DNA from: Candidatus Equadaptatus faecalis
GTDB lineage: Bacteria; Synergistota; Synergistia; Synergistales; Synergistaceae
DNA length: 64,000 nucleotides
Direction: 5' to 3'
Assembly: GCA_018065065.1 (NCBI GenBank)
Contig: JAGHTZ010000023.1
Coordinates: 2,552-66,551 of the forward strand
Part shown: positions 8,709 through 17,530 of the stretch, one piece after another
How positions within the stretch are numbered: position 1 is the stretch's first letter
Layout: the number at the start of each line of letters is the position of its first letter
Position numbers and translations under genes: made by a program
The notes under the pieces: model-generated
The model's database searches: none
Told to the model about the DNA's origin: nothing
Seen by the model: the letters and a program-made list of their open reading frames with translations, nothing else

Positions 8709-8773
8709 TATTGGCAGAAACGGAAGAACAGCAGAAAAAAATCATTGAAACTATAAAAGCCTGTTTTGAATAA
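8705..8773 (+). pseudogene. Remnant 3-prime end of an aminotransferase gene (right copy of the direct repeat, 8720-8773)
   Basis: It translates as MILAETEEQQKKIIETIKACFE*, compared with ...NKMTEEQQEKIIEVIKKCFD* at 1745-1798. Its TAA overlaps the ATG of the sugar transferase (TAATG), as expected for an ancestral coupled junction. Confidence 0.7.
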
Positions 8774-9486
8774 TGGAAAGAAAGATTACTTTTTACGAAA
8801 AATATGTGAAGCGGCCGATGGACTTCTGCCTTGCATTAGGTGCAATCATAGGCTTAAGCCCAGTTCTGCTTATCACCGCGTATCTGGTGAAAAAGAAACT
8901 CGGCTCTCCCGTATTGTTCAAACAGCCGAGACCGGGCAGAAACGAAAAAATATTCAACCTTTACAAATTCCGCACCATGACGGACGAACGCGATGAAAAC
9001 GGCAATCTTCTGCCCGACGACGTCAGACTTACGGACTTTGGAAAAAAACTTCGCGCCACCTCGCTTGACGAGCTGCCGGAGCTTATAAACATACTAAAAG
9101 GCGACATGGCAGTTGTAGGTCCCCGTCCCCTGCTTGTCAGGGATATGCTCTTTATGACTGACGGACAGAGAAAACGTCACAGTGTGCGTCCGGGGCTTTC
9201 GGGGCTTGCGCAGGTAAACGGAAGAAACAACGTTACTTGGGAAGAAAAACTTGCATGGGACTTGAAATATCTTAAAGGCATCACCTTTTGCGGTGACTGG
9301 AAAATAATTGGCGTCACTTTCAAAAAGGCGTTTGCGAGAGAAGGCATAAACACGGACGGAATGGACACGGCGGAAGACCTTGGCGACTGCCTGCTTCGTG
9401 AGGGTAAAATTACGCAGCAGGAATACGATGAAAAAATGTCTGTTGCCAAAATGATGTTAATGCAATTTGAGAACGGGAGAGTTTAA
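8773..9486 (+). CDS. Undecaprenyl-phosphate sugar phosphotransferase (small PglC/WbaP C-terminal-type bacterial sugar transferase)
   Basis: An N-terminal re-entrant helix is followed by PVLFKQPRPGRNEKIFNLYKFRTM and LDELPELINILKGDMAVVGPRP. Confidence 0.85.
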   Translation: MERKITFYEKYVKRPMDFCLALGAIIGLSPVLLITAYLVKKKLGSPVLFKQPRPGRNEKIFNLYKFRTMTDERDENGNLLPDDVRLTDFGKKLRATSLDELPELINILKGDMAVVGPRPLLVRDMLFMTDGQRKRHSVRPGLSGLAQVNGRNNVTWEEKLAWDLKYLKGITFCGDWKIIGVTFKKAFAREGINTDGMDTAEDLGDCLLREGKITQQEYDEKMSVAKMMLMQFENGRV

Positions 9487-10276
9487 TTTGAAGGATCTCG
9501 TTTCCGTAATCATGCCGTCATACAATACGGCAGAATATATCGGAGAGTCTATAAAGTCAGTTTTTGCCCAGACGTATGAAAACTGGGAACTGATAATTGT
9601 TGACGATTGTTCGACAGACAGCACGGACGGAATTGTTGCCGGATTTAACAGCGACAAGATACGCTATTTTAAAAACGAAAAAAACAGCGGTGCGGCGGTT
9701 TCAAGAAACAAAGCCTTGCGTGAGGCAAAGGGGCGTTGGATTGCGTTTTTGGACAGCGATGACATTTGGGAGCCGCTGAAACTGGAAAAACAGATCAGGT
9801 TTATGGAAGAAAACGGATATGCCTGTTCGTTTACTGATTACCGGATATGCTTAAACGGAAAATGGATGCCATATATCAATACAGCCCCAAATATTGTTGG
9901 TAAGGTAAGATTGTATAACTATTGCTACTTTTCAACAATTACAGTTATGTATGACAGAGAAAAAATAGGGTTAATTCAAATAGCTGATTTACGTAAGAAT
10001 AACGATTACGCCATGTGGCTGCAAATAGTCAGTAAATCCAAATTTTACAGATTACCTGAATGTTTGTCGTATTATATCAAACATAATGACTCTGTCTCAG
10101 GCGGAAGTAAATACAAGTTAATAAAATGGCATTACATATTGTTTAGAAAAGGCCTCAATAAAGGTAAAGTATGGTCTGCATTGCTTACTGTTAATAATTT
10201 ATTTTGGGGTGTTATAAAAAAGATTACTTACAAACAAACCACGGAGAGTAAAATCCCAGAATTATTCAATAGATAG
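9467..10276 (+). CDS. Family 2 glycosyltransferase
   Basis: VSVIMPSYNTAEYIGESIKSVFAQTY and IIVDDCSTD with a later LDSDD motif are typical of GT2. Confidence 0.8.
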   Translation: MRTGEFNLKDLVSVIMPSYNTAEYIGESIKSVFAQTYENWELIIVDDCSTDSTDGIVAGFNSDKIRYFKNEKNSGAAVSRNKALREAKGRWIAFLDSDDIWEPLKLEKQIRFMEENGYACSFTDYRICLNGKWMPYINTAPNIVGKVRLYNYCYFSTITVMYDREKIGLIQIADLRKNNDYAMWLQIVSKSKFYRLPECLSYYIKHNDSVSGGSKYKLIKWHYILFRKGLNKGKVWSALLTVNNLFWGVIKKITYKQTTESKIPELFNR

Positions 10277-10293
10277 AAGGAGAGAAATATAAC

Positions 10294-11616
10294 ATGTCAC
10301 TTTATCAGGATTTGCTGGACAGAAAAGAGAAATTGTCGCTTGTAGGGCTCGGCTATGTAGGTATGCCGATAGCGGTCGCGTTTGCGGAGAAGGTTGACGT
10401 AATAGGCTTTGACCTTAACGCAGCGAAGATTGACCTGTACAAACAGGGCTTTGACCCGACGAAAGAGGTTGGAGACGAGGCAATCAAAAAATGCAAGGTC
10501 GATTTCACGGCAGACGAAAAACGTCTCCGTGAAGCGAAGTTCCACATCGTTGCCGTCCCCACTCCCGTTGACGATGATCACAAGCCTGACCTTTCACCGG
10601 TTGAGGGCGCAAGCCACATTCTCGGAAGAAACCTTACAAAAGGCTCTATCGTTGTCTATGAGTCAACGGTTTATCCGGGAGCAACGGAAGAAATCTGCAT
10701 ACCTATTCTTGAACAGGAATCGGGGCTTAAATGCGGCGTTGATTTCAAAATAGGCTACTCCCCCGAAAGAATAAATCCGGGAGACCCTGTTCACCGCCTT
10801 AACAACATCAAAAAGGTTGTTTCCGGAATGGACGCGGAAAGCCTTGAAGAAATCAAGAACGTGTACGATTTGGTAATTGAAGTCGGGACTCATCCGGTTT
10901 CAAACATCAAAACGGCAGAGGCAATTAAGGTCGTCGAGAACTCACAGCGCGACATCAACATCGCGTTTATGAACGAAATGGCAATGATTTTCGACATCAT
11001 GGGAATTGACACCAAAGAAGTGTACGATGGTATGAGAACGAAATGGAACGCGCTCGAATTTACGCCTGGTCTTGTTGGCGGCCACTGCATAGGCGTTGAC
11101 CCGTATTACATCATTTACAAGGCGGAAAAAATGGGCTACCACAGCAAAGTCGTGCTTGCCGGACGTCAGATAAACGACAGCATGGGCGCTTTTGTCGCAG
11201 ATTCCGCTCTCCGTCAGATGGCGAAGGTTGGAAAAACACCGAAAACGGCAAAAGTTGTCATTTTCGGTATGACGTTCAAGGGCGACTGCCCGGACATACG
11301 CAACAGCAAGGTTGAAGATATAATTAAACGGCTGAAAGAATGCGGCATAGAGCCTGAGGTTGTAGATCCGATTGCAAACGTTGAGGAAACGAAACGCGAA
11401 TACGGCGTTGACCTCAAGCCGCTTTCGGAAATAAAAGATGCCGACTGCATTATCGTTGCCGTTTCGCACAGGCAGTTTGCGGAAATACCTGTTGAGCAGC
11501 TGAAAAGCTACTTTAAACCGGAACTGCCGGATAACGAGAAAATACTGCTTGACGTCCGCGGAATTTACGACGTAGATCAGCTCAGAAAATCAGGAATAAC
11601 GTTCTGGAGACTGTAG
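10294..11616 (+). CDS. UDP-N-acetyl-D-glucosamine/mannosamine 6-dehydrogenase (WbpA/WecC family)
   Basis: A Rossmann motif LVGLGYVGMP and the catalytic region GGHCIGVDP are present. The gene sits among WbpB/D/E/I homologues. Confidence 0.85.
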   Translation: MSLYQDLLDRKEKLSLVGLGYVGMPIAVAFAEKVDVIGFDLNAAKIDLYKQGFDPTKEVGDEAIKKCKVDFTADEKRLREAKFHIVAVPTPVDDDHKPDLSPVEGASHILGRNLTKGSIVVYESTVYPGATEEICIPILEQESGLKCGVDFKIGYSPERINPGDPVHRLNNIKKVVSGMDAESLEEIKNVYDLVIEVGTHPVSNIKTAEAIKVVENSQRDINIAFMNEMAMIFDIMGIDTKEVYDGMRTKWNALEFTPGLVGGHCIGVDPYYIIYKAEKMGYHSKVVLAGRQINDSMGAFVADSALRQMAKVGKTPKTAKVVIFGMTFKGDCPDIRNSKVEDIIKRLKECGIEPEVVDPIANVEETKREYGVDLKPLSEIKDADCIIVAVSHRQFAEIPVEQLKSYFKPELPDNEKILLDVRGIYDVDQLRKSGITFWRL

Positions 11617-11635
11617 AAGCATTAGGAGAATAAGT

Positions 11636-12718
11636 ATGTTGAAAGTAGTTTCTTTAGTCGGTGCCCGTCCGCAGTTTATTAAAGAGGCCGTGCTGAACAA
11701 AGCCATACGCGAAAAAAACGCATGGCAGCATATTCTTGTACATTCAGGACAGCATTATGATTTCAATATGTCAGGCACATTCTTTGACGAGCTTGGAATA
11801 CCAAAGCCTAATTATTATCTTGGCGTAGGCTCCGGAAGTCATGCAGTACAGACGGCAGACGCTTTAATCAAATTTGAGAACGTGCTGACAAAAGAGAAAC
11901 CGGATCTTGTGCTTGTGTACGGAGACACAAATACTACCCTTGCAGGTGCTTTGGATGCGGCAAAGCTGCATATTCCTGTTGCCCACGTTGAGGCAGGTCC
12001 CCGTACGTACAACAAACTGTTTCCCGAAGAAGTGAACCGCGTACTTACCGACCATATATCGGATTATCTGTTTGCCTGCACTGAACTTAACGTTAAAAAC
12101 CTTGAAAAAGAGGGAATTACAAACGGGGTGTACAATACGGGAGACGTAATGTACGATTTGTATCTTAAAGTGCAGCCAAAGCTTGACACAAAAGCAGAAA
12201 TGTCAAAATATAGTCTTGCTGAAAACGGCTACGTGCTTGCTACAATTCACAGGGATTTCAATACTGATGATAAAGCACGTTTTGAGACTATATTAAAAGG
12301 CTTGAACACGATTGGAAGAACGCAGAATTTAAAAATTGTGTACCCTATGCATCCGCGGGCAAGGAAAATGGCGGAGCAGTTCGGTTTTGAGGAACTGCTG
12401 AAAGAATTAATCGTGACAGAGCCGCTTGGATATCTTGAACTGATGTCGCTTTTGCAGGGCGCAAAGTTTGCTGTTACCGACAGCGGAGGTTTTCAGCGTG
12501 AGACCTACTGGGCAAAGAAAAGGGCAATCCTTCTCATGCCGCAGGGCTGGGAAGAAATTACAAGCACCGGCTGGCATCTTCTTGAAAACGGTGTTGTGTC
12601 TCTTGATTGGGAAGCCAAAGCGGAAGAGCTTCAAAATGAAATTGAATATCCCTGTGATATTTTCGGTGACGGCAGTGCAGCCGAAAAAATCGCGGATATC
12701 ATAGTGAAAGAGGTGTAA
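11636..12718 (+). CDS. UDP-N-acetylglucosamine 2-epimerase, non-hydrolysing (WecB/WbpI family)
   Basis: Conserved segments are VVSLVGARPQFIKEA, HSGQHYD, VYGDTNTTLAGAL, VAHVEAG and DSGGFQRE. Confidence 0.85.
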   Translation: MLKVVSLVGARPQFIKEAVLNKAIREKNAWQHILVHSGQHYDFNMSGTFFDELGIPKPNYYLGVGSGSHAVQTADALIKFENVLTKEKPDLVLVYGDTNTTLAGALDAAKLHIPVAHVEAGPRTYNKLFPEEVNRVLTDHISDYLFACTELNVKNLEKEGITNGVYNTGDVMYDLYLKVQPKLDTKAEMSKYSLAENGYVLATIHRDFNTDDKARFETILKGLNTIGRTQNLKIVYPMHPRARKMAEQFGFEELLKELIVTEPLGYLELMSLLQGAKFAVTDSGGFQRETYWAKKRAILLMPQGWEEITSTGWHLLENGVVSLDWEAKAEELQNEIEYPCDIFGDGSAAEKIADIIVKEV

Positions 12719-12722
12719 ACTA

Positions 12723-13856
12723 ATGCAGTTTCGTGATTTGAAAAGACAATACGCGGTATTGAAAAATGATATAGACGCAGGGATAAGCGAGGTAATAGAA
12801 AACACGTCGTTTATTTCCGGCAAAAAGGTAGCCGAGTTTGAAGAGCAGCTTGCGGCATACGCGGGAAGAAAATACTGTGTGGCGTGCGGAAACGGAACAG
12901 ACGCTTTGACAATGGCTCTTATGGCGTTGAATATCGGCAAGGGTGACGCTGTTTTTGTCCCTGATTTCACTTTTTTTGCAACCGGCGAAGTCGCCTCGTT
13001 CCTCGGTGCAGTGCCTGTATTTGTTGACGTTGATCCCGTTACGTTCAATATGGACGCTGCAAGCCTTAAAAAGGCAGTAGAGGCGGTCGTTAAAGAGGGT
13101 AAACTGAAACCGAAGCTTGTTATCCCTGTTGATTTGTTCGGGCTTCCTGCCGATTTTTCTGCGCTTGAAGCAATCGCAAAGGAATACGGAATGTTTGTGC
13201 TTGAAGATGCCGCGCAGGGTTTCGGCGGAGAGCGCAGAGGCAAAAAAGCCTGCTCGTTCGGAGACATTTCCGCAACGTCGTTTTTCCCTGCGAAGCCTCT
13301 CGGCTGCTACGGAGACGGAGGCGCAGTGTTCACGGACAACGACGGGGTGAACGCGTATCTCCGCTCCATCGCCGTTCACGGCAAAGGCACAATGAAATAC
13401 GACAACGTGAGAATAGGCTGGAACTCGCGCCTTGACACGATACAGGCTGCAATTCTTCTTCCTAAATTCAAGGCATTCGCTGATTACGAGCTGGACAAAG
13501 TCAATGAAGCGGCGAAGAAATATAACGAGCTTTTTGCAGGGCTTGAAAAATTTGTAACTGTGCCTGAAATACCGGAAGGATATCTTTCAAGCTGGGCGCA
13601 GTACACGGTTAAGGTCAAAAAACGCAGCGAGCTGCAGACGTTTCTCAAGGAAAAAGGCATACCGTCTATGGTATACTATCCGAAGCCGATGCACGAGCAG
13701 AAAGCCTTTGACGGACTTACTCAATATACTGACTGCCCGAATACGGAAAAGCTTTGCACGCAGGTTCTTTCCCTGCCTATGCACCCGTACTTTGAAGACG
13801 GCGAAATTGAGTTTGTTGTTAATGCATTAAAAGAATTTTACGAAGTACATCACTAA
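12723..13856 (+). CDS. DegT-family aminotransferase (WbpE-like)
   Basis: Conserved segments are GNGTDALTMAL, LEDAAQGFG and SFFPAKPLGCYGDGG. Confidence 0.85.
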   Translation: MQFRDLKRQYAVLKNDIDAGISEVIENTSFISGKKVAEFEEQLAAYAGRKYCVACGNGTDALTMALMALNIGKGDAVFVPDFTFFATGEVASFLGAVPVFVDVDPVTFNMDAASLKKAVEAVVKEGKLKPKLVIPVDLFGLPADFSALEAIAKEYGMFVLEDAAQGFGGERRGKKACSFGDISATSFFPAKPLGCYGDGGAVFTDNDGVNAYLRSIAVHGKGTMKYDNVRIGWNSRLDTIQAAILLPKFKAFADYELDKVNEAAKKYNELFAGLEKFVTVPEIPEGYLSSWAQYTVKVKKRSELQTFLKEKGIPSMVYYPKPMHEQKAFDGLTQYTDCPNTEKLCTQVLSLPMHPYFEDGEIEFVVNALKEFYEVHH

Positions 13857-13865
13857 AACAAAGCG

Positions 13866-14423
13866 GTGATACAAATGGAAAACAAAGATTATTTCGTTCA
13901 CGAGTCAAGCTACGTTGACGAAGACGTCATAATAGGAAAAGGCACGAAAATCTGGCACTTCTGCCACATTCAGAAAGGCGCGAGAATCGGTGAAAACTGC
14001 TCTTTTGGGCAGAACGTCAACGTTTCAAACAACGTGAAAATCGGAAACAGGGTAAAGGTTCAGAATAACGTTTCGCTTTACGAAGGGCTTGAGATAGAAG
14101 ACGGTGTTTTCTGCGGCCCTTCCTGCGTTTTCACGAACGACCTTACGCCGCGTGCAGAATATCCGAAAGGACACGAAGGCTATAAAAAAACGCTCATAAA
14201 ACGCGGCGCGACAATAGGCGCAAACGCGACAATAGTCTGCGGGCACACGCTCGGCGAATACTGCATGGTGGCGGCAGGGGCAGTCGTTACAAAAGACGTG
14301 CCCGCATATACGCTTGTCGCCGGCTGCCCTGCAAAAGCAATCGGCAAAGTTGACGAATACGGAAATATTACAATGAGAGTAAAACCCGAAAAAGTCAGTA
14401 TTTCCAGAGAGAGAGAGAGTTAA
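13866..14423 (+). CDS. Hexapeptide-repeat N-acetyltransferase (WbpD-like)
   Basis: 185-aa left-handed beta-helix repeat protein directly after the WbpE-like gene. ATG 13875 is an alternative start. Confidence 0.75.
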   Translation: MIQMENKDYFVHESSYVDEDVIIGKGTKIWHFCHIQKGARIGENCSFGQNVNVSNNVKIGNRVKVQNNVSLYEGLEIEDGVFCGPSCVFTNDLTPRAEYPKGHEGYKKTLIKRGATIGANATIVCGHTLGEYCMVAAGAVVTKDVPAYTLVAGCPAKAIGKVDEYGNITMRVKPEKVSISRERES

Positions 14424-14481
14424 AGAACCTCTTTAAAGGAAAGATTTTGCATTATGCGGCTGCCGAAAGGATGGCTGCATA

Positions 14482-15375
14482 ATGAAGTACAACGTTGGAG
14501 AAATTTATCCGCAGTTTGATTTTGAAATTACCGGAGCGTCATATACAGGCTGCCCTGTCGATAACACAGTAATGTTTGTGTCAAAGAAAGTCGGGCATCT
14601 TGTAGAAAATCTCAAAGGACACAAAAACTGTCTTGTGTTTGCCGAAAACGGGATAGAAATTTCTGAAGAAATACGCAGAAACAACGGTTTTGTTTTCACG
14701 GATAACCCTTCACTGGAATATGCGAAGTTTGCAAACATTCTTGCGGAAAGAGAATTTGAAGCCGAGAGAGCAAAAAAATACGAACTTGTTAACGGTTATT
14801 ACGTCGGCGAAAACGTTGAAATAGGCGAAAATGCATACATAGAGCCTGGATGCGTTATAGGTCACGGCGTTAAAATAGGAAACAGCGCGAGGATATTTGC
14901 AGGGGCAATTATCAAGAATGCTGTAATCGGGGATAATTTTTATTGCAACGAGAATGCCGTTATAGGTACGCAGAGTTTTACAATGGCAGATGACGAACAG
15001 GGAAATAAGTTACGTATTCCTGCTCTCGGCAAGGTGCTTATCGGCAATAACGTTGAAATCGGTGTCGGCGACAACATTTCGCGAGGAACCTGCGGAAACA
15101 CTATTTTGGAAGATTTTGTCAAGCTTGACGTTCTTGTTCACGTCGGGCACGACGCGCATCTTCACAAAAACGTTGAAATAACGGCAGGCTGTATAATCGG
15201 AGGTTTTGCCGACCTTGCCGAAAAAGCCTATATGGGCATAAATTCGGCGGTGAAAAATCGTAAAAATGTTGGTAAAAATGCTATGGCATGGGTGCGGTTG
15301 TTATTCGTGACGTTGAGGACAATAAAACGGTTGTCGGCAACCCGGCGAAGGAACTTATCAAGAAATGACGAATGA
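14482..15375 (+). CDS. LpxD-like hexapeptide acyl/acetyltransferase with a probable frameshift in the last ~30 codons
   Basis: Hexapeptide repeats run through the ORF. After ...VGKNAMA the reading frame gives WVRLLFVTLRT. The adjacent frame reads MGAVVIRDVEDNKTVVGNPAKELIKK* (stop at 15366-15368), which is the canonical family C-terminus. Confidence 0.65.
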   Translation: MKYNVGEIYPQFDFEITGASYTGCPVDNTVMFVSKKVGHLVENLKGHKNCLVFAENGIEISEEIRRNNGFVFTDNPSLEYAKFANILAEREFEAERAKKYELVNGYYVGENVEIGENAYIEPGCVIGHGVKIGNSARIFAGAIIKNAVIGDNFYCNENAVIGTQSFTMADDEQGNKLRIPALGKVLIGNNVEIGVGDNISRGTCGNTILEDFVKLDVLVHVGHDAHLHKNVEITAGCIIGGFADLAEKAYMGINSAVKNRKNVGKNAMAWVRLLFVTLRTIKRLSATRRRNLSRNDE

Positions 15376-15405
15376 CTAGTTACGAGTGACTAATGAGGAC
15401 GAAAA

Positions 15406-16074
15406 GTGTCACAAAACATTATGTGGTTAACGAGGAGAGGATTCATTTTGAACAAAAAACTTTACGATAACATATATATGATATTTGTGATATATGTTAT
15501 AGCGTGCGTGAGTATTATTGCGTTTATTGTTTGGGGTTATGCGAATATTTATTATACACCTTGGGATACATATTTTCGAAGTAGTATAGGTGGGATATTA
15601 GGTGGTATAGGTGCATTACTTGCTGTCTATATTACGGTAAATAGTAATATCTATATACAAGAGCGAAATCGCAAAGAAGCAGATTTAAGGCTGAAAGAGG
15701 AAATTCAAAAAAGAGAATTGGGTGAAAAGAAAATATTAGTGGAAAAGCTTCGTAGAGATATATGTGAATATATTGTACACATAGCTGATTATCATTACGA
15801 TCAAAACGTTGTTGAGAATATTCATAATATCAGTGATACTACAAGAAATAATAAACTTGTAGCAAATGCATTGTATTTTAGCTTATTAAGCACTTTTGAT
15901 GATTTAGAAAATGCGGCAAATCTTGTAAGAATAATGAAAAAAATACACAATAATGCTGGACGAATGATAAATGGGGATATGAACTGGATTGATGCCGAGT
16001 CAATTAACTTTATGGAGGCGTTTGCAGATTTTTCGAAATGTTTTGTTGCAGATAATATAAAAACATGGAGTTGA
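15406..16074 (+). CDS. Hypothetical membrane protein: 2 predicted TM helices plus a charged/coiled helical C-terminal domain
   Basis: The hydrophobic helices are IYMIFVIYVIACVSIIAFIVWGY and IGGILGGIGALLAVYITV, followed by a KE-rich segment. The likely start is TTG 15448, after the RBS GAGGAGAGG. The gene is very AT-rich. Confidence 0.55.
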   Translation: MSQNIMWLTRRGFILNKKLYDNIYMIFVIYVIACVSIIAFIVWGYANIYYTPWDTYFRSSIGGILGGIGALLAVYITVNSNIYIQERNRKEADLRLKEEIQKRELGEKKILVEKLRRDICEYIVHIADYHYDQNVVENIHNISDTTRNNKLVANALYFSLLSTFDDLENAANLVRIMKKIHNNAGRMINGDMNWIDAESINFMEAFADFSKCFVADNIKTWS

Positions 16075-16103
16075 TATTATTAGTTTAAGAAACAAATGTA
16101 TGG

Positions 16104-17189
16104 TTGCCTAATATGAGAAAAATTTATTGTACTGACAAATATAAAGCTTATCAAAAGAATCGACAAAAAGATGAGTTATTGTATAGCAGGAGAAAGCATA
16201 TAGCTAATAATAAGTACAATCAGTATATTGAAAAGCAAAGATTAGCTGCAAAAATTAAATATAAAGCATCAAAAGTTAAATGTGATGATGAGAAACAAAA
16301 CCGTGTTAAACTAGATGCACCCGCAAATTTTTCATTAAAGGAAAATACTGCGGAGGTCTTGTTGTTCCTTAGTGGTCTGATTCATTATATAAATACGCGG
16401 CAACCAATTTATCTTAACTTAAAAGACGTTAATAACGTAGCAGTGGATACCTTATTAGCCATAGTTGCAATTTTTGATGCCAGGAATATTAGAGATGTAA
16501 GAGGTAACTATCCGGATGACAGAAATGCATACAGGTTAATCAAGGATTATGGTTTTTTTGATGCAATACATGCAAAATCTATATTAGATGTACATTCTAT
16601 GGATAGAAATATATTTTCAATTAAGTCTGGGACGAAGGCTGATTCAGGTATTGTAGATGAGATAGTGGATTTTGTTAATCTTGACAATATAACATACATG
16701 ATTGTAAAAAAAATGATATATGCAACGCTATTGGAAATTATTGGTAATGCCAACGAGCATGCATATAGTAGTGGTAATATATTTGGTTTGAAAAAAAATT
16801 GGTATTTGTGTGTGCATAAAACAGATTCATCGATTTTATTTACTGTTTTGGATAATGGGTTTGGCATAGTTAGAACCATCAAAAGAAAAACATCCGAAAG
16901 GGCAAAAGAAATATTTAGCATTGTTAGATATTTTGACAAGATTCAAGATACTGATTTGCTCAAAGCAGCGTTTGTAGAGTCTGGTCGCAGTGAAAGTGGA
17001 CATAGATACAGAGGCAAAGGACTCCCTACAATTTATAGGAGAAGTATTGTTAATGGTCAATTTACTGATTTTACGGTTATATCAAATAAGGCAATGTTAA
17101 ACATTGCAATGGATGGAACAATTATTCCAACAAACTTGACTGAGAGTTTTAATGGGACATTATTCTCATGGAAAATAATACTAAATTGA
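16104..17189 (+). CDS. GHKL-superfamily (HATPase_c-like) ATP-binding protein
   Basis: The N-box is LLEIIGNANEHAY, G1 is VLDNGFGI, G2 is YRGKGLPTI and the C-terminal motif is NGTLFSWKI. A basic N-terminal region of about 200 aa precedes these motifs. ATG 16113 is an alternative start. Confidence 0.65.
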   Translation: MPNMRKIYCTDKYKAYQKNRQKDELLYSRRKHIANNKYNQYIEKQRLAAKIKYKASKVKCDDEKQNRVKLDAPANFSLKENTAEVLLFLSGLIHYINTRQPIYLNLKDVNNVAVDTLLAIVAIFDARNIRDVRGNYPDDRNAYRLIKDYGFFDAIHAKSILDVHSMDRNIFSIKSGTKADSGIVDEIVDFVNLDNITYMIVKKMIYATLLEIIGNANEHAYSSGNIFGLKKNWYLCVHKTDSSILFTVLDNGFGIVRTIKRKTSERAKEIFSIVRYFDKIQDTDLLKAAFVESGRSESGHRYRGKGLPTIYRRSIVNGQFTDFTVISNKAMLNIAMDGTIIPTNLTESFNGTLFSWKIILN

Positions 17190-17194
17190 AATAG

Positions 17195-17530
17195 GTGATA
17201 ACAATGGTTGAAACAAAAATGATTAACATTGCTAAAGATTATACGGTAACACCTGGCTTTAGACTTAAATCACAGGGGGAGTACTCTGGAGAGGATTTCA
17301 GAATTAAGTTTTTGGAACCGATTTTTGAAAAAAATCCAGATTCTTTGGTAGTAGTGAATTTAGATGGAGTAAAAGGGTATGCGATATCATTTTTAGAAGA
17401 AGCATTTGGTGGCTTAGCTAGAAAATTTACTGAGATTGATTTTAATGAGCATATTAAAATAATATCTACTGAGGAACCGTATCTTGTTGATGATATCAGA
17501 GGATATATTCAAAATGCGAAAAATTGCTAA
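17195..17530 (+). CDS. STAS-like DUF4325-family protein
   Basis: GEYSGEDFRIKFLEPIF...LVVVNLDGVKGYAISFLEEAFGGL matches the pattern I recall for DUF4325 (an SFldEaFg motif). The gene lies 5 bp after the GHKL gene. Confidence 0.6.
   Translation: MITMVETKMINIAKDYTVTPGFRLKSQGEYSGEDFRIKFLEPIFEKNPDSLVVVNLDGVKGYAISFLEEAFGGLARKFTEIDFNEHIKIISTEEPYLVDDIRGYIQNAKNC

Noticed and set aside
8766-8996. 76-aa ORF overlapping the sugar transferase start in another frame
   Set aside because: The 8773-9486 frame carries the conserved bacterial sugar transferase motifs. The alternative frame has none.
12407-13379. Two long minus-strand ORFs (286 and 219 aa)
   Set aside because: Both are antisense to the WecB-like and WbpE-like genes, whose translations carry canonical motifs. 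The antisense translations are low-complexity.
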